Shown here: positions 42,705 through 52,479 of the stretch, piece by piece
Layout of the letters: the number at the start of each line of letters is the position of its first letter
Numbering within the stretch: position 1 is the stretch's first letter
Assembly (NCBI GenBank): GCA_963827515.1
Contig: CAWHBF010000029.1
Coordinates: forward strand, 336,092-400,091
DNA from: an uncultured Acidobacteriota bacterium
GTDB lineage: Bacteria > Acidobacteriota > Vicinamibacteria > Vicinamibacterales > UBA2999
Direction: 5' to 3'
DNA: 64,000 nt
The notes under the pieces: generated by a model
Told to the model about the DNA's origin: nothing
Seen by the model: the letters and a program-made list of their open reading frames with translations, nothing else
Database searches by the model: none
Made by a program: the position numbers and the translations under genes

Positions 42705-44038
42705 TTAGCGAGTCAGATCCTCGTCTCTCGTTTCTCGCGTCAGCGCGAGGCCGATGAGCGAGAGAAGCGCCGCTCCCGTGAGGTAGTAGCCAACGGCGGG
42801 GAGTCCGAAGCTGCCGGCCAGCGAGGTTGCGATGTAGGGTGCGAACGATCCGCCCATGATGCCCGCGAGATTGAACGTCAAGGAACTGCCGGTGTAGCGA
42901 ACGTCGGTCGGAAACAGTTCCGTCAGCACCGTGCCGAGCGGACCGTACGTCAGTCCCATCAGGCCCAGCCCCACCGCCAGCGTCAGCACGGCGCCGATCG
43001 TGCCCGCCGAGAACAGCGGCGCCATGACCAGACCGAACAGCGCGATGGCGATCGTGGCGCGCTGGAGCATTCGCCGGCGGCCATGCTCCGCGATGCGCGC
43101 GGAAATCGGGATGGTCACGGCGAAACAGACCACGCCAACCAACTGGATCCGGAGGAATTCCTCGCGGGTAAACCCGAGGGCGCTCGTGCCCCACGACAGT
43201 GTGAACACGGTCATGAGGTAAAAGATGACGAACGTCGCCAGCGACATCAGCGTGCCGGCAGCGACCGTGCCCGGGTGCTCGCGGAGTACGGCGACCATCG
43301 GGACCTTCACGCGCGCGCGACGTTGAAGGGAAGCGGCGAAGATGGGCGTCTCGGCGATCGTCAGGCGCACGTAGAGGCCGACGACCACGAGGACGGCGCT
43401 CGCGAGAAATGGAACCCGCCACCCGAATGCGGCGAAGCGTTCATCGCCGAGCCCGTTCGAGAGGGCCAGGAACACGGTTGTGGACAAGAAGAACCCGAGC
43501 GGCGCGCCAAGCTGGGGAAACATCCCGTACCACGCCCGCTTGCCGGGCGGCGCGTTCTCGATCGCCAGGAGCACCGCTCCCCCCACTCCCCGCCCAGGCC
43601 CAGGCCCTGCCCGAAGCGGCACAGGGCGAGTAGCGCAGGAGCCGCGACGCCGATCGAGGCATAGGTCGGCAACACCCCGATCGCAACGGTCGATACGCCG
43701 GTCGTCAAGAGGGCGGCCACCAGCGTCGTCTTGCGGCCGACGCGGTCACCGAAGTGGCCGAAGAGCGCCGACCCGATCGGACGCGCGAGAAAGGCAATGC
43801 CGAACGTGGCGAGCGACGCGAGTGTTGCCGTGGAGGGATCGGACGCGGGAAAAAAGAGAGCCGGGAACACGAGCACCGCGGCCGTGCCGTAGATGTAGAA
43901 GTCGAAGTATTCGATGGTGGTGCCGATGAGACTCGCGAGGAGTACCTGGCGGGCGCTGTTGGCGGGGGGAGAAACTCCGGGGTCGCCCGCGTTCACATGA
44001 GTTCGACGGGCCACAGAGCCACGAGAGACACCGAGCAT
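42705..44038 (-). CDS. MFS transporter, metabolite:H+ symporter (MHS) type; frame disruption in a C-homopolymer at ~43582
   Basis: ORF 43361-44038 (LIGTTIEYFDFYIYGTAAVLVF, FGHFGDRVGRK, GQGLGLGGEWG) joins ORF 42705-43622 (GAVLLAIENAPPGKRAWYGMFPQLGAPLG...). One G is missing from what should be a run of 7 on the coding strand. Confidence 0.8.
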
Positions 44039-44099
44039 GTTGGTTCGCTCTGTGACTCCGCGGTTCTGTGACCCGTGACGTTACCCTCCGAGAGACTTT

Positions 44100-47000
44100 C
44101 TAGAACGCGTACTTGATTCCGAACTGCATGACTCGGGGTGCACCGCCATTGGTGGTGATCCGCCCGAACTGCGCGTTGGTCAGATTCAAGTTTGGCAGGC
44201 CCCAGTTGAAATTGTTCAACAGGTTGAACGACTCGATCCGCAACTCCAGACTCTGAGAGCCGCCAAACGCGATGAGCTTCGATACCGCCAGGTTGATGTC
44301 CCAGTATCCCGGCCCTTCAACCGCGCGGTACTCCAGGTCTCCAAAGGTGCCTGGCGCCGGCGCGGCAAACGCCGCCCTGTTCAGATAGCTGGTCAGCGTC
44401 TTGGCGCCATACACATCGTCAGACACCTGATTCGGACGCTGCCCGATCTGGCCGTTCAGTGCGTTGTCCGTGCCGGTGATGATGTTCATCCACTGGCCCG
44501 ACCGCACCGAGAGGATGCCCGACATCCTCCAATTCGCTGCCAGCATGTTCACGACCCGATTGCCCCACTCCGGAATCATGTAACCCACGGTGGCATTCGC
44601 CAGGTGTGAGCGGTCCTGGTCGCAATGCCCCCTGTCCATATCCGGATCGGCGGGATTCGTGTACCCGCTGGCGATCTGCGCGAAGCTCCCCGGCGTCGCC
44701 GTGCCCTCGCACGCCGACACCGTGTAGTTCCCACTGATGGCCAAACCAGAAGCAGCGCGTCGAGTCATGGTGAGCCTCAACCCTCGGTACGTCTGCCAGC
44801 CGACGGCGTTGTGCTGGTCTATGAAGCCGAGCGTGCCTGCCAACGCCGGGCTCTCGAGGCTCAGCTGGCGGCGCTGGTTCAGGTTGGCGTTGGTGCTGCA
44901 CACCGGGAACGAGACACCGTTGATGGTGCACGGACCAAGACCCAGGAACACGCCAGGATTGAGGCCCACCTCTGCCCAGAGGTGATCCGAGTAGCGGCCC
45001 AGGTAGTTCGCCGTCACCGACCAGTTCTGCCAGAGCTGTTGTTCGACGGTGATGTTCCAGGACTGGACGCGCGGCGGTTCGATATTCGGATCCATCACAC
45101 CGAACGCGCCGAACGCCGGGAACACGGTATTCGCATTCGTGGCGATCGGGTGCGGATTGCCACCGACGATGGCGTACGGGTCGTCAAACCTTGTCGTGGT
45201 GATGAGCGACCGGTTGCCCCAAGGTGGCGCCGAGGCATTGATGTTCATGAAATCGCCGCTCGGGAAATCGTATGTCAGCCCGTAGGACGACCGGATAGCC
45301 AGGCGGCCGTCTCCGCGTACGTCCCACGCGACCCCTCCGCGAGGTGAGAAGTCCAGGAACCGCTTGTGGTATCCGCTCTTGCCGCCTGGAAAGCCAGCGT
45401 CACCTGGGTAGGTCATCCCGGGGGGCGCGTTGAGAAACACCGTGCTCTTCGTGCCCTTCAGAAATTCGTCGTGACTGAAATTCGTCGCCCCGCCGTACAG
45501 CATCTGCTGGCCCAGGAAGGGTTCCCACCGAAGACCGTAGTTGAACGTGACCCGATCGCTCACCCTCCAGGAGTCCTGGGCGTACACTCCCGCGTACACC
45601 ATGTCCATGACGAGCAGGTTGGGTACGCCGTGCTCAACGCTTCCGAGGGCGCCGACGAGCAAGTCCGCAAGTCCTCGGCCGGTGGTCTGACCGTTGAACA
45701 TGAAGCTGCCTCCCGACCGGGCGTGCGATGTCTGGGATGACTTCCAGTAGGCGACGTTCACGCCGAAGCCCATCTGATGGTTCCCTCGCACAAGGGTCAC
45801 GTCGTCGGCCACCTGGTACGAGTTGGTCCAGAAGATGCCGGTGGTGGATGTGGCCGCCGAGATGTTGAAGCCCCCTGTGACCGCCAACACCATCTCACCG
45901 TCGCGGTACGTGTGGAAGTTTTGGACTCCCAGATCGAGCGGGTCGAAGAATGGTGGGCTCCCGCGGTTGATCGACGTCCTGTTGAACGCCACGCGCAGCG
46001 AGTTCACCATGTTGTTGCCGAATACGAGCGTATCGCCGATCGTCGCCGACTGAGCGAGGTTGTCGAGGCCGCCGCCGCCGGCGAGCGTCAGCACGTCGTT
46101 GGTCTGCGCATACGGAGCCGGCGCATGGTCGAAGGTGAACAGGTACCGGCCGAAGATCGAGTGATTGGAGCTCTTCTGAAAGTCGACGCGGCTGAGCCCC
46201 TGCCCCTGCTTGCCGTCCGCCGGCTGACTGTAGGTCACCTGTCCGCACTGGTCGTCCGCCTTCGGCAGGTACGTCACGAGCTCCAACGCGGCCGGGCTGA
46301 AGAGCGCCGGATTGACCCGATTGTTCACGAATGGCGCCCTCAGCGTGACTGGGGTGCCGCCGTTACACTCCGCCGAGGCGTAGGCGGTGAAATCCCCAAG
46401 CAGCATGGCCTCAGTGGGCACGAACGCGATATTTCCCGCTGGGGTCTGGTGCCGGTCAGTACCCTGGTACGCGCCGAAGAAGAAGAGCTTATCCCTGAGA
46501 ATCGGTCCGCCAATCGTGCCGCCGTACTGATTGCGCGACAGTCCGTCGTTCACACGCTCTCCGTTGACCACGCGGGCAAAGGGATCCGTTGCGTTGAACC
46601 GACTGTCCCGGTTGAACTCGAACAGGTTGCCGGAGAACCGGTTCGTCCCGGATCGGGTGACCGCGTTCACGGATGCGCCCGAGTGCATCCCGTTCTGAGC
46701 GGTGAGACCGGTCGTGGCGACCCGGAACTCCTGCAGCGCATCGGGGAAGGGGAGCGGCAGGTTCGCGTTGTTCTGCGAATCATTGTGCATGGCACCGTCG
46801 AGCAGGTAGGCGACGCCGAACGGCAATCCGCCGGCCACGGCCACGTTCACGGCGCCACCGAAGCTGCGGCTGTTCGGGCTGCCCGTATTCACCGCCGCGC
46901 CGACCATCATGAGCAGGCTCGTCACATCCCGCGCCTGCAGCGGCATTTCCAGGATCCGTTCGTTCTCAACCACCTCGCTGACGCCGGCGCTTCGCACGTC

Positions 47001-47378
47001 GACGAGGGGCGCTGCCGCTTCAACCGTGACCGACTCCTCGAGGCCGCCGATCGCCAGGCTGACGTTGATCGTCGGCGAGGCGGCCACTTGAAGGACGATG
47101 CCGGTCTGGACGTACGTGCGGAACCCTTGGAGTGCTGCCTCCAGTTGATAGGGACCTGGAGTCAGGTTCGAAACCAGGTATCCACCGTTCTCGTCGGTCA
47201 CGGCACTCCGCACCGCGCCCGTCTCGGTCTGGGTCAGGGTGACGGTGACTCCGGGGAGGACGCCGCCGCTGGTATCGGTGACTCGCCCGTCGAGCTGTGC
47301 GGTCGAAATCTGCGCGAACGCAGGTGCGGTCATCAAAAGACCGAGAACGGTGAAAAACACCCTCAAAAACCGCTGCAT
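44100..47378 (-). CDS. TonB-dependent receptor-like outer-membrane protein with N-terminal CarboxypepD_reg-like domain
   Basis: ATG at 47378 preceded by AGGAGA. Signal MQRFLRVFFTVLGLLMTAPAFAQ. GRVTDTSGGVLPGVTVTL...GPYQLEAALQGF. About 1090 aa, beta-rich, with C-terminal ...VMQFGIKYAF. Confidence 0.85.
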   Translation of the reverse strand: MQRFLRVFFTVLGLLMTAPAFAQISTAQLDGRVTDTSGGVLPGVTVTLTQTETGAVRSAVTDENGGYLVSNLTPGPYQLEAALQGFRTYVQTGIVLQVAASPTINVSLAIGGLEESVTVEAAAPLVDVRSAGVSEVVENERILEMPLQARDVTSLLMMVGAAVNTGSPNSRSFGGAVNVAVAGGLPFGVAYLLDGAMHNDSQNNANLPLPFPDALQEFRVATTGLTAQNGMHSGASVNAVTRSGTNRFSGNLFEFNRDSRFNATDPFARVVNGERVNDGLSRNQYGGTIGGPILRDKLFFFGAYQGTDRHQTPAGNIAFVPTEAMLLGDFTAYASAECNGGTPVTLRAPFVNNRVNPALFSPAALELVTYLPKADDQCGQVTYSQPADGKQGQGLSRVDFQKSSNHSIFGRYLFTFDHAPAPYAQTNDVLTLAGGGGLDNLAQSATIGDTLVFGNNMVNSLRVAFNRTSINRGSPPFFDPLDLGVQNFHTYRDGEMVLAVTGGFNISAATSTTGIFWTNSYQVADDVTLVRGNHQMGFGVNVAYWKSSQTSHARSGGSFMFNGQTTGRGLADLLVGALGSVEHGVPNLLVMDMVYAGVYAQDSWRVSDRVTFNYGLRWEPFLGQQMLYGGATNFSHDEFLKGTKSTVFLNAPPGMTYPGDAGFPGGKSGYHKRFLDFSPRGGVAWDVRGDGRLAIRSSYGLTYDFPSGDFMNINASAPPWGNRSLITTTRFDDPYAIVGGNPHPIATNANTVFPAFGAFGVMDPNIEPPRVQSWNITVEQQLWQNWSVTANYLGRYSDHLWAEVGLNPGVFLGLGPCTINGVSFPVCSTNANLNQRRQLSLESPALAGTLGFIDQHNAVGWQTYRGLRLTMTRRAASGLAISGNYTVSACEGTATPGSFAQIASGYTNPADPDMDRGHCDQDRSHLANATVGYMIPEWGNRVVNMLAANWRMSGILSVRSGQWMNIITGTDNALNGQIGQRPNQVSDDVYGAKTLTSYLNRAAFAAPAPGTFGDLEYRAVEGPGYWDINLAVSKLIAFGGSQSLELRIESFNLLNNFNWGLPNLNLTNAQFGRITTNGGAPRVMQFGIKYAF

Positions 47379-47629
47379 CAGAGTTCTCCTCTTCTTCTCA
47401 TTGTGCCCAGTCACTGGCCCCACGGCGTGATGGCGACCCTAATATAGAGCCTGTGTCAGGGGTGTCAAGTTCGATGAGGGTTCGTTGTGCCCGATCGCTT
47501 GACACGTCTGGCTGCGTTCGTCCACCATCAGAATCCCGCGCTATCGTGCCCATCCAACGCGGGTTCGGACGGCGTGCGGTGAGCCGCGCTGCGCGACAGA
47601 ACGCTGAAAAGTGGCGAGGAGTGGCGAGA

Positions 47630-48055
47630 ATGCAATTACGGAACACGGCGCTGCTTGTCGGTGTCCTGGTGGCCCAGACGATCGCCTCGGTTGGCGCCCA
47701 CCATTCATGGAATCAGGTGTTCAGTGAAGACAAGCCGCTCGTCTTGCGCGGGACCATTTCCAAAGTCGAGCTGGTGAATCCGCACGGCTGGATCTGGATT
47801 GACGTGAAGGGCGAGGACGGCGTCGTCACGAAGTGGGGGATCGAGGGTGGCTCGCCGAACGGCCTGATTCGTAACGGGATTACGAAAGACTCACTGAAGA
47901 TAGGCGAGGAGTTGGTCGTCCGGGGCTACGGCACGAGGGACGGATCGAACCTCGTGGCCGGCGTGAGCTACCAGCGTGCCGACGGGAAGGAGCTCTGGCT
48001 TGCCAACGACGGTGCCGAGGCCGCGGCGAAGGCCAAGGGCAACCTGCTGAAATGA
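47630..48055 (+). CDS. small secreted protein with predicted mature N-terminus HHSW (DUF6152-like), second copy
   Basis: ATG at 47630 inside ORF 47453-48055. MQLRNTALLVGVLVAQTIASVGA, then HHSWNQVF. LRGTISKVELVNPHGWIWIDV. Confidence 0.7.
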   Translation: MQLRNTALLVGVLVAQTIASVGAHHSWNQVFSEDKPLVLRGTISKVELVNPHGWIWIDVKGEDGVVTKWGIEGGSPNGLIRNGITKDSLKIGEELVVRGYGTRDGSNLVAGVSYQRADGKELWLANDGAEAAAKAKGNLLK

Positions 48056-48080
48056 CGCGACGGTCGCCTGTGTCCTGCAA

Positions 48081-48956
48081 GTGATGGCACCGCTTCAACG
48101 GACCCGGATTCGCCTCGGAATCGTCACTCTCACGTGGCTCGCGGCGGCGCTCTTCGCAGCCCCACTCCCGGGATTCGGCCAGGGTCAGACTTACACCGCT
48201 CCTCGGACCGCCGCCGGCCGTCCGGACTTGAATGGATTCTGGCAGGCGCTGAACACCGCGCATTGGGATCTCGAAGCCCACGTGGCCGCACCTGGACCGG
48301 TGCTGCAGTTGGGCGCCGCGTACGCCGTGCCTCCCGGGCTCGGTGTCGTGCGTGACGGCCCCATCCCGTACCGTCCGGACGCACTGGCCAAGAAGAAAGG
48401 CTACGCAGCGAATGTCCTCAAAGAGGACGCCGAGGTGAAGTGCTATCTGCCTGGTGTGCCGCGCATGATGTACATGCCGTATCCCGTGCAGATCGTGCAG
48501 TCCACCGCGCAGATCCTGATGCTGTCGGAGTTCGCCAGCGCACAGCGGACCATCTACATCGACGGGAAAGCGCCGCCGCCCGCCGACACGTGGATGGGGT
48601 GGTCGAACGGCCGCTGGGACGGCGACACGCTGGTTATCGATTCGAAAGGATTTCTGGGGGGCACGATCAGCGCTCTCGATGAGGCTGGTGCCGTTCAGGT
48701 CAGATTTCTCGATCGCGCGGGCAACTACCACACCGACGGACTGCACGTCGTCGAGCGTATCCGTCGCACGGGGCCGGACCACCTGTCGTACGAAGCCACG
48801 ATCGAGGATCCGAACGTCTACACGCGTCCCTGGACGATCAGCATGCCGCTCTATCGACGCGTAGAGCCGAACATGGAGCTGGGCGAGTTCAAGTGCGAAG
48901 AGTTCGCAGGCGATTTGATCTTCGGTCGATACGCGAAGGAACCGGCCGCGAGGTGA
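48081..48956 (+). CDS. secreted hypothetical protein, paralog B
   Basis: 291-aa ORF with a signal peptide. GRPDLNGFWQ, CYLPGVPRMM, WMGWSNGRWDGDTLVIDS, HVVERI...YEATIEDPNVYTRPW. Confidence 0.7.
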   Translation: MMAPLQRTRIRLGIVTLTWLAAALFAAPLPGFGQGQTYTAPRTAAGRPDLNGFWQALNTAHWDLEAHVAAPGPVLQLGAAYAVPPGLGVVRDGPIPYRPDALAKKKGYAANVLKEDAEVKCYLPGVPRMMYMPYPVQIVQSTAQILMLSEFASAQRTIYIDGKAPPPADTWMGWSNGRWDGDTLVIDSKGFLGGTISALDEAGAVQVRFLDRAGNYHTDGLHVVERIRRTGPDHLSYEATIEDPNVYTRPWTISMPLYRRVEPNMELGEFKCEEFAGDLIFGRYAKEPAAR

Positions 48957-48972
48957 CAGCATGGGGATCGAA

Positions 48973-50053
48973 ATGAACGCACGATCGTTCTCTCGGAGGA
49001 TCGCCGCTGGATGTGTCACGGGAATCGTGGTCCTCGACGCTTTCGGCCCCGTTCGCGGTGGCGCAGCAGGGACCAGCGGCTGCGGCTGGCACGTACCGAG
49101 CGCCGAAGACGCCAGACGGCCGGCCGGATCTCCAGGGATACTGGACGAATCTCACATACACGCCGTTCGAGCGACCGAAGGAGCTGGCCGGAAAGGCGCT
49201 CTATACGGAGCAGGAAGCGATCGATGCTTTCGACAAGGCGGTCAAGGACACGTTCACGACGGATCAGCTCGTCCACTACGTGCAGAGCGATTTCGCGGCC
49301 ACACCTGTGCAGACCGGCGCCAGGCCGAACCGTCATACATCGGTCGTGATCGAGCCGGCCGACGGCAGAATCCCGGCGTTCACGCCTGAGGCCCGGAAAC
49401 GGGTGACGGCGCAGTTGGCCGCCGAAAAGGCGAGAGGGCCCCTGCCGTCGACCTGGAGAGATGATCGCGGCACCCAGTGGTGCGTCTTCCACGACCGCGC
49501 CGTGCCGGCCGTCCCCGCGCCGTATGGCAGCATTTTTCACATCGTCCAGTCGAAGGACTTCATCGTGATGACCTACGAGTGGAACTCCGAGCGCCGCGTG
49601 ATTCCGCTGGATGGGCGACCGCACAACCCCGCGTCGGTTCGAACGTATGCCGGGGACGCGCGTGGTCGGTGGGAGGGCGACACGCTGGTAGTCGAGACGA
49701 TCAACTTCACACCCAAGCGGGACTTTTTCGGGTCCGAGGGGACGTTCACGCTCGTCGAGCGCTTCACGCGTGTGTCGGAGGACAGCATCGAGCACACGCT
49801 CACCATCACCGATCCAACGACCTGGGTCTCACCCTGGACGCTCGCGCTGCCGCTGCACCGCACCCAGGGTCCGATGCTGGAATACGCCTGCAACGAGAAC
49901 AACATGGACGCGTTCACTGTCCTGAAGAACGCCAGAGCCCAGGAACGCGGGGAACTCGCGGCGCCGGACGCGATGAAACGCGGGGACGCGAAGGCCGTTA
50001 TCAAGGACGCCTCGGACAAAGGCACGGCGGAAGTCATCGGGACGGTAGACTAG
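48973..50053 (+). CDS. secreted hypothetical protein, paralog C; probable frame disruption at ~49036
   Basis: Body is ORF 49013-50053: GRPDLQGYWT, YAGDARGRWEGDTLVVET, LVERFTRV...HTLTITDPTTWVSPW. A signal-peptide-like start, MNARSFSRRIAAGCVTGIVVL, is in the adjacent frame from ATG 48973. Confidence 0.6.
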
Positions 50054-50080
50054 CGCTCCCCGACCATCGAAGGACGCCAC

Positions 50081-51019
50081 GTGAACTGGGGCAGCACAAT
50101 GCAGCGCGTCGACGTCCTCTGTCTGCTTGCCCTTGCCTGCTTAACGACGGGCTCGTCCTCGTTGCCGCTTCTCGCGCAGCAGACGCGAACGACGCAGGAA
50201 GGCGTCTTCACGAACGCGCAAGCGACGCGCGGCGCTGTGCTCTACGAGGGCAAGTGCGCGGCGTGCCACGGCGCGCGGATGGAAGGGAGCGTCGGGCCCG
50301 AGCTCGCTGGCTCGGGGTTCCTTGGCGTGTGGGGTGGGCAGCCCCTGTCCAACCTCTTCAACAAGGTTGACAAGACCATGCCGGCCGACGCGCCGGGAAC
50401 GCTCTCTCGCGTCCAGGTGGCGGAGATCGTCGCCTACATGCTCCAGGCCAACCAGTTTCCGGGTGGGACCACGAATCTTGGTGCCGATGAAGGCGCGTTG
50501 AAACAGATCTCCTTCCCCGCCGGTACCAACGGCGCCACCCCTGTGGCGCTTGGGCCAAGCCCGTCGTTTCCCGCCACCGGGAACATGAATCAGGTGATGC
50601 GCGGCATTCTGTTTCCCAGCTCCAACGTGCTCTTCGACGTGCAGACCCAGGATCCGGGTGCCCGACCGAAACCAGGGGCACGAGCGGATGCCTCCACGAC
50701 AACGTCGCGCTACGGGGACGTGTACGAGCCATGGGCCGTCGTCGATGCGGCGGCCATCTCGTTGGCTGAAGTGGGCCCGCTCCTCATGACCCCTGGCCGC
50801 CGATGCGAAAACGGAAAGCCGGTGCCCGTCGATCGGGCCGACTGGCAGCGGTGGGTACGAGAGCTCACCGAAGTCGGACGAGCCGCCTACAAGGCATCCC
50901 AGGCGAGAAACGCGGAGATGGTGAGCGAGGTCACCAACCAGGTGGCCGACGCCTGCGCCAACTGTCACCGTGTGTATCGCGACACGGCGACCGCAGCGAC
51001 CCGTTGCACGCCGCCCTGA
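50081..51019 (+). CDS. secreted two-heme-motif protein: N-terminal class I cytochrome c domain plus C-terminal cytochrome c'/c-556-like helical domain
   Basis: 312-aa ORF with a signal peptide. CAACH near the N-terminus (YEGKCAACHGARMEG). CANCH about 20 aa from the C-terminus (ADACANCHRVYRD), as in class II cytochromes c. Confidence 0.7.
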   Translation: MNWGSTMQRVDVLCLLALACLTTGSSSLPLLAQQTRTTQEGVFTNAQATRGAVLYEGKCAACHGARMEGSVGPELAGSGFLGVWGGQPLSNLFNKVDKTMPADAPGTLSRVQVAEIVAYMLQANQFPGGTTNLGADEGALKQISFPAGTNGATPVALGPSPSFPATGNMNQVMRGILFPSSNVLFDVQTQDPGARPKPGARADASTTTSRYGDVYEPWAVVDAAAISLAEVGPLLMTPGRRCENGKPVPVDRADWQRWVRELTEVGRAAYKASQARNAEMVSEVTNQVADACANCHRVYRDTATAATRCTPP

Positions 51020-51023
51020 CGCG

Positions 51024-51041
51024 TGGCCGTGTCGCCACGGC
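51024..51041 (+). terminator. possible stem-loop after the cytochrome gene
   Basis: GGCCGTG-TCGC-CACGGCC begins 5 nt after the TGA. There is no clear U-tract, so intrinsic-terminator status is weak. Confidence 0.3.
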
Positions 51042-51202
51042 CGCCGTATGGCTTCAGTTTCCTTACTGTGCAATCGCCCCCGATTTGTAACGACGGGTAC
51101 AGATCCGTTAGCGCGCGCTCTGTGGCACCTGTTTAACCCACTGATAAAAGCGGCCCCTCGGACGCGCTAGGCCCAGGGCACGGTCTTTGTTGGGGCTCCT
51201 GC

Positions 51203-52406
51203 GTGCGTCTCTTCCGTCATCCGGATGCTTCGCTCGTAATTGCCTTGTTAGCCGGCGCTGGAATCGTTTTCTTACAGCCGCTTCGGCCCTTCCTCAGCGC
51301 CGCCGAGGGCCTGTCCAGCACCTACCACGTCGATCTGATTCCGGGCTTCATCATGCTCGTGGTTGCCTACACCATCCACTTCTGGCGCAGGCGTCTCGAA
51401 GTGGTCACAGCGACGCGTCGGGAAGCGTGGGAGGCGGAGGAGTCGGAGCGAGCTGGGGCAGAGCTCAAACAGCTCGTGGCCACGCTCCAGGCGTTCGGGA
51501 ACGCGGCGGACGGAGACACGCTCAGCGGCGAGTTGGCGCGTCTCCTCCAGCCGTTTCTCAAGAACCGGCGATGCTGGGTGGCCACGTCGACATCGGACGG
51601 CTGGTGCTGGCTCCTCGAGCCCTTCGACAAGTCGGACTCGTTGTCGCTGATGAATCTTGCCCGCTCGTTCGCCGATCCCTATCAGGGGGAGGAACCGCTG
51701 CCGAGCGACTGGTACCTCGTTCCCTTGCGGACCAGGGGTCAGATGCTCGGTGTCCTTGGTGTGGACAAGTCTCAACCGATGACCGCATCCGAACGTGGTC
51801 GTGCAGATGCCGTTGCGACGGTTCTCGCCATTTCGATCAAGAACGTCCAGTTGTTCACGAAGATGCGCAGCATCAACGAGTCCGACGCGCTCACCGGCTG
51901 TTTCAACCGGGCGTACGGGTTCGAAGCGTTGGAACTGCAGCTGCGGCGGTCCAAGCGGACCCAGTCTCGGCATGGCGGTCCTGATGCTCGACGTGGACGA
52001 CTTCAAGACCGTCAACGACCGGCACGGACACCTCGCGGGTGATCGGGTGCTCGAGGCGGTCGGGAGTACGCTTCGGCGGACGCTCCGAACAACGGATATC
52101 AAGTGTCGATACGGTGGGGACGAGTTCCTCGTGGTGCTTCTCGACACTCCCCTGGATGCGGCTCGTTCCGTGGCCGAGCACTTGCGCCGCGCGTGCGAAA
52201 GCGTCCAGGTCGATGTACCGGGTGGACGCCTCTCGTGCAAAATCAGCGTCGGCGTCACTGAATCCAATCCGGGAGAGCTCGACGCACCTTCTCTCGTGCA
52301 TCGGGCGGACGAAGCGCTGTACTTGGACAAGTCACTTCGGGGACGGGTCAAGTTACCTGAGGGCAAGCTCCTTCAACCGGCGGCGCAACCGGCTGAGACT
52401 CCATAG
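51203..52406 (+). CDS. membrane-associated sensor diguanylate cyclase (GGDEF); frame disruption at ~51960
   Basis: ORF 51203-52042 (two TM helices, GAF-like sensor part, ...DALTGCFNRAYGFEALELQL) joins ORF 51795-52406 (LGMAVLMLDVDDFKTVNDRHGHLAGDRVL...RYGGDEFLVVL). Confidence 0.8.
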
Positions 52407-52479
52407 CAGGAACGCTGGCCGTCGCCATGCGCCGCACCTCGTCCCGAGACGGGCGGTTCAGTGGGGGCTCGCGTGGTGG

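Noticed and set aside
47466-47509. GTGTCAAG-N28-CTTGACAC inverted repeat as a defined operator, and CTTGACA as a -35 box
   Set aside because: It is a single occurrence with no matching -10 at proper spacing and no comparative data. It is mentioned only within the locus finding and not listed as a feature.
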